NCBI RefSeq assembly: GCF_006345805.1
Contig: NW_021831847.1
Coordinates: 1-64,000, forward strand
Length of the DNA stretch: 64,000 nt
From: Octopus sinensis
Taxonomy: Eukaryota
Direction of reading: 5' to 3'
Of the stretch, positions 55,034-64,000 are shown piece after piece (position 1 is the stretch's first letter; each line of letters starts with the position of its first letter). The translations under genes were made by a program, and so were the position numbers. The notes below the pieces were generated by a model. It saw only the letters and a list, made by a program, of their open reading frames with translations. It did not search any database and was not told the DNA's origin.

Positions 55034-56700
55034 TTAAAGCATGTCTTTAATCTCATCCAGACTTTCCCCGTCTGTACAGGATATGATGTCATCTTCACTC
55101 GAGCATATGACTGAGGCCGAATCAGTACTTTGTGCATCTGCTGGTCTTTTATCACTTGATTTTTGGTTTAAAAGCTGGATACATTCTTCATAAAAGTCCA
55201 ACAGCATTTGCTCGTCTTTGACGTAGTTTAATGTTAATGTATGAAATATTTCCTTAACAAACTCTACTCTCATGGACTCTCCTCTAAAACTGACTCAGTC
55301 ATATTACGTCACTTCGATGACACCCCTTTGGGGGTGTTGTATTCTAGTCTCCGTTATGGAAGCGATCTTGGGGAACAAATATTTTTTTTCTAATAATGAC
55401 ATAAACGACTGTTTGCTCATTCGCACTGACTTTACTGGTGGGATAAAACTGAATCAATACTGAATGAATTTTGCTCGTTTTCGGTGATAGCTGTCGGTTC
55501 TTGACATTGAGAGGAAATACCCCTGACCATATTGATTTTTGGAGTATAAATGTATCAGAGTCTGCAAAAATTGAGTCTGAATTTACATTGAGATTTTTCT
55601 CAAATTGGTGTGGTCTTGTATTTTAATACAAACTGATTAAATGACGATAAAACATATTTAACCGAATATCCTAAAATAGAACGGACGTAGGCAGTGACGG
55701 GAAATTCTGATAATATCGATATTCTTGTGAATTTTTGTTCTGAGAATTGCACGACTTTATGTTTATTTAATCCATAATTAGTCAACAATTCTTGAATGTT
55801 TCCCATGAATGGTACTTAAGTATGCAGTCAATAAGTGGAAATGTTTATAATCTATTCTTTTATTTCATTATATGCATCATTACATGCAGACATTCTTGAG
55901 GAGGCATAATTATTATATAAGTGGATCGATTTAAAGAAAGCTTTTGATTCATTTAGTCATTAAAGCCTGTTGTGAGATTGGAAAACAGTTAATATTGAGC
56001 GTGGGATTTTTCAATTTATGATCACGTTAGTTATTTGTGCATTTAACAGCATTTAATTTATAAAATTTGTTAATTATTAATGTTGAAGTTAACGCCTCAA
56101 TCTATTCTATAAATTATTTTTTATACGTTGATGATTAGATCTTTTTTAGAGAAGGGTAGATAGTGCGCATACAATGGAAGATGTGAAAATCTAATCTACA
56201 TTATCTTGTGCTGATAATAATGTTTAAAAATCACGCCAAATTGCTATTTGTGATGGTTCATGGCGACTTAATTCAAGAATTAAATAGTTATTGTTCTTTG
56301 TATATTCAGTGTTTCAGTATCCATTAAAATTGTCTGAAAACGTCTGTTCCAGTCATTGTACTTATCATTAAATGAACCTGACAAATTTGGAATGTTTCAG
56401 ATATCCATCAAACAAATACGAAAAGTTGATAAGTATCTCTTCTGTCTGTACTATCCTATGCAATTTCAAAATATTTAAAATTCCAAATATGTTTTTGAAG
56501 ATTTAAATTAAAATTTCTTCTCCTTTTCTAGTGAAAGTTCTCGGAGATAAGCAGATAGATTATAAAATATTTTTTTGATAGAAAATAAATTTTTTGTCGC
56601 TAAAATTAGGCATTCTTTGATAGATTCGTCGTCTGTAAATAGCTTTATTCGTTTTGCAATTTATTTTTGAAATTTAGAAAATAGTACGAGTGATATCGTC
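55034..56700 (-). CDS. Hypothetical multi-exon protein
   Basis: Terminal exon RVEFVKEIFHTL...DEIKDML-stop and upstream coding-like exons with micro-introns; family and 5' end unresolved. Confidence 0.35.
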
Positions 56701-57212
56701 ATTTTTACAATTTAAAATATTTTATTTGATAATTGTTTTCTGTGGATAGGGAGAAGACCAAAACAGAAGAAAAGGTGATGAGATAAGTGGTCGCCAACAC
56801 TGCAAAGGTTACAGAAAGGAGAGATTAAGTCATCCATGTTAATGAGTGATGACCCGAGCGGAAACAAGCAAGGTTGATCTGAAAGGAACCCTCCAAAAGC
56901 ATTTCAGAGAGATGAACTTTCGATGGAAATTTGTTGAGAACGGAGTTAAACGTTAGTCTTATAAATAGGGACGTTAAAAAAAATTTGTGAATTTTTTCAT
57001 TGGCTGTTAAAATTGGTTTGGGCCATTGATTTTAGAGTTTAGCAATGACTCAGGAGTATTGTTTTGCGGGCGTATTCTTTAGTGAACTGTCATTGTCAGG
57101 CATGTTTGCCTTATCCGAAGTGTTGGAGGACATTTTTAGATCGAAGGTAATTCTGAGGACAGTGGGATGTTTGGATAGCAAAGGTCAGAGTCAAAGAGAG
57201 ATAGCTTGGAAT

Positions 57213-58328
57213 GTATGATTCTCAAGCTTTTTTAATTAGGGGCCACAAACACAAAAAAATTTACAGAGGCTACCAATATTTTTTTCGTTTTCCATAAACG
57301 TAATTTCTTAGCGAATGCATCAATATATCCATAAATTTGATAATTAAGCTTATTTTCTCTTTGTAGTTCGACATTCAGGGTAAACAGATGTGCAGATAAA
57401 TCAGCATAAAATGCTAAATCTGCAAACACGTCCTTTGTCTTTTAATAATGTATTGTACACTTTATTTTCAGTGAATAAAATAATTTTAGGAATTTTTTAA
57501 ATTTCCGTTTCAGTTAAAAATGTTTTAAATTTTCGGTGATTCTAAGCGTTCGCCCAATCCAATTAACTATTCTTATTAAAACTTCAGAAATATTATTTAT
57601 TTTTATATTTTTAGAAATCAGTTTTTCCTGATTTATAATGCAATGATGCTAGAATATTGGAGTCCAGTTATGAACACATCTCTATTTTTCATAAGTGCAA
57701 AAAAACCAGTTTTACTGTAAACCAGTGATTCTCAAATGCGGCTTCTGGGGCCGCATGTGGCCCCTAGGATTTAGTTGAGAGGCTTATGTTTCTATAAATA
57801 TTTTATTTTTTAATTTAACATTTTTAAATTTTATGAATAAAAAATTGTTGATTGAGATTCAATGAGATTATTTGCATCTCCATTAATTATGAAAAGTGAG
57901 GAGGTTTCCGGCATTTACCAACTGGAATTGATTGATTTGCAAAAAAGATGTTGAACTGAAAAGTTTAGCGATGTTTGGATCAACATATGTCTGCGAATCG
58001 ACATTTAGTAAACTTGTTCGAATTAAAACAAAGTTTCACAGCAGATTGACTGATAGTCATCTAAGTGATTTGTTACGTACTTCAACTATAAAATTAAACC
58101 TAATTTTGATTATTTAGTTAATACATAATTGTTAAAAAATATTTTCGACTCCTGTAATTTTTTTTTCTAAATTTGCGGCCCCCAAGTAAAGAAGCTTGAG
58201 AATCACTGCTGTAAACCATAGAAAGGGCACCATCACTTGAAATTGAAACTAATAAAATAAAAAATACAGTAATTATAAAAACTAAGGGGTCACAATTAAA
58301 TCCTAGATGCCATACTTGAGAATCACTG
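57213..58328 (-). mobile_element. Deleted hAT element hosting a same-family MITE
   Basis: Ends GTATGATTCTCAAG (degenerate) and TTGAGAATCACTG; remnant DLAFYADLSAHLFTLNVELQ. Confidence 0.7.
57723..58208 (+). mobile_element. hAT MITE (486 bp)
   Basis: TIR CAGTGATTCTCAA and perfect TSD CTGTAAAC; remnant FGSTYVCESTFS...SRLTDSHL. Confidence 0.92.
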
Positions 58329-58379
58329 GTCTATTCCGCGTGTTTTTTTGTTATTTGATTGTAATGTTTAATCGAAAAT

Positions 58380-58870
58380 GGAATGATTTTTATGTCAAAT
58401 TTGGATTTACCCAATATAGTGGATTTGACAAAGTCAATAAAGCGCAGTGTATATGATATGCGACGTCACAATAGGAAACAAATCTGTAAAGCCGTTACAA
58501 TTAAAAGACATAAAGAAAAAACTCACCCACAAAATTTTTTTCAAAGAGAATCAAATATGATAAAACCGGAAAACTTAGCAAATTTCGGATTTAGACCAAT
58601 AAATAAACCATGTCTACTAGCTTCATATGAGGTATTAATTTTATTTTAATATCCTCAATTATTGCCAAAACAAAGTATCTCACTATTCTGGAGAAAATTC
58701 AATAAAACCTGCGCATTGACAATGGCAGAAATATTGCTCGATAAGATGCCGTACAAAAATTAAAAATGTTCCTTTATCAATAATACGAATCGAATACGAG
58801 ACATGTCTCGTGATGTTTTGGAACAACCTGGAAAAAAATGTCAAGAAAGTAGTGAACCCATCGAGTTCAA
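58380..58870 (+). mobile_element. Buster/SCAND3-like hAT transposase fragment
   Basis: HPQNFFQR, LLASYEV and NNTNRIRDMSRDVLEQ. Confidence 0.6.
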
Positions 58871-58934
58871 TTGGTTTGTAAGAACTCAAAAGTGTACATT
58901 AACGTGGATACCCCAATACGTACCTAGATTTTTT

Positions 58935-59070
58935 TTAGCACAAAAAACCCGATGTTGTGATCCACGATAAGGTCACCGGGAAGATCATTATCGTGGAGGT
59001 TGGCATCACGTAGCTAGATCGTTTCCAGGCAGAAAAGTAGGAAAACAGTATAACCTCTTTCCATACAAGC
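58935..59070 (+). mobile_element. R4/Dong-like RLE fragment
   Basis: HKKPDVVIHDKVTGKIIIVEVGIT (PD-(D/E)xK motif). Confidence 0.7.
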
Positions 59071-59179
59071 CTGGGTTGATGGACCAGTTTAAAGTCTATA
59101 TCATTCTGTGTGGATGATATGGAATGTTGCTTATTTTGCAGCAACCATTTCATTAACTTTTGTTTTCTTAAATAAAAAA

Positions 59180-59870
59180 ATAGGAACAAAATTCATTTAG
59201 ATAATTTTCTCGCGAAAATAAAAGCTTTGCCAAAAAAGCTTTGAAATCATATAGCTAATCATTAATTTATATTTTTTATACAAATCAAATTTAATCTTTT
59301 TACTAAAGAACAGAATGTTATCTTTCATTCTAAACACTTTTCTTAACACTTTTCCATAAATAAGCCACTTAGCACTATTGTATGAACCGATTTTTTTAAT
59401 TTTTAACAGACTGATCATGCCTCTCATTTCCCCTGTCATAGTAGGTGCACCATATGTGGTAATAGTGGCCAATACATTGTAACACGGTCTCCTTCACACA
59501 CTTTACTATGCATTTACTCAAGTTCAAACGTTAATCTCTTTTCCGAAATTGTAAAATCGGATTTAATCTTGCGTGTAAATATTACAAGTTGTGCAATGTT
59601 TTGAATATTCTTTACTTCCAATGTCTACTAACAATCCTCACAACATAATATATTTTATACGCTTTAAGGATATCACGGGCAGCTTCCTTTTGCGGCAAAA
59701 TAAATAAAAAAATTAAGAGTATCCTATTCCAGTGTGACTTTTAATGCTTGATAATTAAGTTAAAACGTGATGACGTCTTTCAATTGCACTAATGTCTGTT
59801 TGGTCAAATTGGTAACATTTTCTATTGTACTAATGTCTAATACACATCCTGGAGAGTTTTTACTTATAAC
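59180..59870 (-). mobile_element. hAT transposase fragment
   Basis: ATITTYGAPTMTG..MISLLK resembles TTDGAPxM. Confidence 0.55.
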
Positions 59871-59929
59871 GTTTAATGTCAGAGAAATTTCCTCCTCACT
59901 AAACACTATTTACTGAGCACTTAATTCAT

Positions 59930-60240
59930 TATCGAGTTTCAGTAGCTTGTCTTCAAGAAACTAAGCTCAACGATGATCTCGATGAGATTGTTGGGTCATA
60001 TAGGATTATTTTACTAAAACCGGAATGTAGACACAATGGACATGCAATCAATAAGCGCTATGCCAGCTCAATTCACAAATGCTGGAGAATCAATTACAGG
60101 ATATTAGTCTTAAAACTAAGACTGGGGAAAACGCTTCTGACGATCATTAACGCATATCCACCAACAATGAGTATAGCAATGAAATGTCAGAAAGAAATCG
60201 AAAATGATTTAGATTCTGACGCTACGATGCTAGGATGTAT
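59930..60240 (+). mobile_element. LINE APE fragment
   Basis: YRVSVACLQETK...LLTIINAYPPT. Confidence 0.75.
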
Positions 60241-60299
60241 CACTGTAAAATGAAACTGAGGCATACTTTTATCAGAATAACATTTCTCTAGAAAATATA

Positions 60300-60752
60300 A
60301 TTGCATGTGCTACAGACGGCGCTGCTTGACAAATGCAGAAGTTGTTTAGCATATTTAAAATCTCTCGTACTATTTATTTTCACAATTCACAGTATTACTC
60401 ACCGGCAACATTTAATTTCCAACAATTTGAGTTAAAATATTTTATGAAACATAAATATTAAAATCTGGGCCACAAGTTCGAAAAAGGTTGTTAATTGTGG
60501 AATTCCAATGACGTCAGATAAAAAATTTCAACAATTCAGATTTTGATCGCTGTTTTGAATGGGAAGACACTACTTTGATATGTATGGTAACTGTTTGTCT
60601 GGTCAAAAAAATCCCTAAAACGATGCGCATTATCTGGACAAATAATTTTAGCCATTGCATTCCTGTTGCATTACTCCACTAAACATTAATGTTGCACATG
60701 AGGCTCGCAGGCCACACCTATACATGTCGAGGACCGCATGTTGACACTCCTG
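60300..60752 (+). mobile_element. hAT remnant with right end
   Basis: CATDGAA remnant; terminal ...GGCCACA...GTTGACACTCCTG followed by ATCTAGGC. Confidence 0.55.
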
Positions 60753-61049
60753 ATCTAGGCAGCCCCCGAAAAATTCCAATCTCAAAGAGAACGTGGAGGT
60801 ATCTAACAGACAAAATCATCCAGAGTGTGACACAAGCGATGAAATGCTTATCGAACAGATAAAATTGCGGGCATTAGTTTGGCCATTTCCTTCACTCTTT
60901 AAATTTGGTAACAAAATGAACAAAACTGTGTTTCCATTTACGATGCCGGGAATTTAGTTAGTTAATAACAATTAGTATTGTTGTTTTGGTTGTGCATGTA
61001 CGTTCCAAGCAGTTAAGGAAAACGAACCTACGGGCCTTCCTGCAAATAA

Positions 61050-61750
61050 AAAGAACTTAAAAAAGACAGGACCGTCGCCTATGGGACCTCACAATGCCAC
61101 AAGAGCTAATGGTGTTAAAGAAGATCTTGTTGGTGAATGCTGCCAAAACTAACTTGCATTCTCTTTCTGCGATCATCGGAATGTCAATGTGTCTCTGAAG
61201 GCGAATGGTTGTCTCAGATTGCCCTTGCCGCGAAGCAAAGACTTGGAAGGATGCCAAGAGGGGGTTGGAACCTTGTCCTGGAGAAGTTCAATGAGAAGTA
61301 CTCGGCAAAGTGCTCCAGTTTATGCCAACTAAAGAGCATGGTAGACGGAATAACAATGTGCAAGAGAAGATGCGACTCTTCCAGAGTGAAGATGAGTGGA
61401 CGTAGAATTTCCAGTTTCAGAAATTGCCTAGAGGAACTCAAATTCCAATTGGGAAAGTTCAGTCTATTCAGAGAGACTCTCGAAAGCCAACTCCAAGTTG
61501 CAACGAAGGATGGTAAAAACTGATATCCTGGCTGGATTAAATCTGCAATTTATCATATTACAAAAGATGATCCGCCCCAAGATATAATCAAATTACCGAT
61601 ATTCTATATGCTGCACAGTGGCTTATTTGGCCTAACTACGAAAGCCAGACCACAGAGCACATGGGTGGAAAACACGGAAAAGAAAAATCTCTAAAATTAA
61701 GCAGATGAAATTGCACAGTTCGTTCCTTCTCCAAACAAACCTTGCCTCAG
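61050..61750 (+). mobile_element. R4/Dong-like N-terminal fragment
   Basis: GRMPRGGWNLV parallels GRIPRGGWSLI near 15930. Confidence 0.6.
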
Positions 61751-61949
61751 GCAGAAAAGCAAAAGGCAATGATGTGTCTCTGCCGCTTATGGATATAAGA
61801 AGTCTAAGAAGGGGGAGCTAAACAGAATTGAACTCTATTGAATGATCTAATTAGAATCAAAAGAAAACAGATATCTATCCATTCCTCGTAATTACATATA
61901 ACATTTAGTCAAAATGAACAAAGCAAGCAATAAACAAAATTATTCACAG

Positions 61950-64000
61950 TTAACTAAACATGTTTCCACGTCCTTTCAACATGCCTCGTCTAGAAAATTG
62001 GAACGTGTTACGAAGGCAGTGGAGATTGTTATTAATAACACTTATGGTTGCAGGACTGACAGTAAGATTGACGTCACTGGAGGGAGTGGTCGCCCCACAC
62101 CAATTAAATAGTTTGGCAGTGTCATCATTCTCCACATTAGCATCCATAAATAGACAATGGCGTTTCCTCACTGATTCCTCTCCATTCTCTGCCTTGCTGG
62201 CCTGTGGTTGAACCTCCGACTCGTTTTCTGACTGATCCTCGACTTCTGGGACAGGAGGTGACTCGCTTGACTGCCTTCTTCTCTTTCGACTTGTTTTGAA
62301 ATTGATGTATTTCATTCTGAGGTGGGCAGCAATGGTTGAAGGGAGCTGACTGACCGAGGGCAGTTTGACGTTTTCTGTCTCAGAGGAATCCGAGGAGGGC
62401 GGTTCACTGGAAAACAAGCCGAGATGTTTAGAGAGATCCACCGTGTCGTAAACTGTGGAGTATTTGGAACTCACTCTTTCAATCTGAGCTGAACTGACTG
62501 TCTGCAAAGCCCCCATTCGTGATTTGAAAAAGAGGAGAGCATTCTCCACAAACAACTTTTTGTTTCTCTCCCTCTTGTTGACCATATAAGCCAGATTGCG
62601 GATCTACTCCCTCACAACCCAGTCATACACTCTCCAACTGATGTCTAAACACGAGGGACCTCCGAATAGTCCTATACTGTCCTCGATAGTAGTCCCTCAA
62701 CAATTCCCGTTCGGGAGGGAAGGCCATCATTGACATATTCCTTTGACTCTACAACTAAACCACCTCCTCTACCCTCCTCTTCAGCCTCCAATACTCCGCA
62801 ATCACTCCAACCACTTTGGTGGGCACAGACAAATCCTCCGCTATTGTCTCGATATAGTCGGGTCTCTCCATCTTGTTTCCTCCCTTTCTTCGACAGTTCA
62901 GCACAATCTGCCCACACGACAGTCGGTCTCCATGCACTCTCCTGAACTGGGAGGTGTGTGTCTTGCAATACGCCTAAAGTCGGGGGTGGTCGACACCTTG
63001 AGAGACACGCCTTCCCCCTCCGCCACACTGACCATCTCCAAGTCCTCCTTGAAGGCACAATGCACGTGGAATGGCACACTACATGACTGGACTGAGCACT
63101 GAATGCAGACTCCCCTCCTTCTTCGACACAAACTGCATTTAAACTGCCATCGACATTTCTAGACATGCCCAGTCATCACTAACGGGGATCCTGTCCACGT
63201 CCACCACCGGTCCCATCTCCGTCGGACTCTCCACGCACACTTCGGGAATCCACAAAACACAACTCACGTGATACCACAGAGTGAAATCCCTAAGAATGAG
63301 AGGAACCTCCCACTTGTTGGCCTTGAATGCTCCTCCTGTGAAGCCACATAACTCGCAGGTGGGAGTGGACACATTCTGTGAACAGGGAATGCAGAAGAAC
63401 GAGTCATCCGGGATGTTGGGCACTCCGTAGCATAGTTGGTGGACAGCCAAGTCACATCCGTCACATAAAACTATTTCATTGGCAGCCTCACTGGTGGGCT
63501 GAGGGTCACTTTATGGACTTACATCCTTGCAAATAGAACAGACCGTTTCCTCGTATTCACACACATCCGACCTTCCCTCGACGGAATAGTGGGCCTGTTC
63601 TTCCAAGGCCTCCATCACTTCCTCGAATACTTGCAAGTCCAGGGCTTCTTTACCTGCGAGTGGAGACAAGGCAATACGTCTCCGTCGGTTGAATTCTGCT
63701 ATAAAGTGAGTGTCCAGGCGATCCACGTCATATCGACAGGCCACCAAGTTTTCCAGGCTATTTGGACACAGAACGTGCACTTCTTGGTCGAATTGCTCGT
63801 CCCGTTCGTGGTGGATCAGTTTGTCTGGAAGGACGAACTGTTTTGAGGGGAAATTGAGAGGATTGAAGACAAAATGTGTGGGGGGTGGGTCTTTCTCTGC
63901 TGGGACCTGCACTCCTTTGTCCCATTCTGACCGCCACTTGTCGACGAGGAGTAGATAATCATTCTCCTCTAGAGGACGGTCATCCATTTCCCGCATAGCA
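61950..64000 (-). CDS. JADE: JADE/rhinoceros-type PZP (PHD-Zn knuckle-PHD) protein, probably 5'-truncated by the window
   Basis: YLLLVDKWRSEWDKGVQVP, VCSICKD, VHQLCYG, WYHVSCVLWIPEV, GVCIQCSVQSC..FHVHCAF and YWRLKR. Confidence 0.85.

Noticed and set aside
56846-56882. Hammerhead ribozyme or C/D snoRNA (GTGATGA...GAAAC...CTGA)
   Set aside because: It lacks the C of CUGAUGA and a proper stem II/III, the C-D spacing is too short, and there is no terminal stem.

Overview
Eukaryotic, almost certainly metazoan, nuclear DNA from a compact genome with tiny introns. MRPP1/TRMT10C, JADE, ULK3, vWA5A and NHE6/7/9-type genes, plus 21-29 nt GT-AG introns, suggest a reduced parasite such as a myxozoan, dicyemid or orthonectid (inference). 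Host genes: AIF, RWDD1, MsrA, TRMT10C, Rab1-like, TAF11, POLR3A, vWA5A-like, endosomal NHE, NDUFS4, PPIP5K, ULK3, JADE (runs off the window end) and several hypotheticals. Cathepsin L and APC11 are pseudogenes. The gene islands sit among nested and decayed transposons: Buster/Charlie-type hAT (one intact 2.1 kb copy), Tigger/pogo, IS630/Tc1, R4/Dong- and CRE-type non-LTR, APE-LINE and gypsy fragments. No CRISPR, rRNA or prokaryotic DNA was seen. Main points of interest: (1) an MsrA with in-frame UGA at the catalytic Cys (candidate selenoprotein, but frameshifted), (2) about 23-nt introns with almost no sequence signals, (3) an AIF lacking its NADH-binding residues, (4) a 93-bp coding array open in all three frames in vWA5A, (5) a three-level transposon nest, (6) about 20 nt gene spacing at TAF11. 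All splice models were read by eye, so exon edges are approximate.
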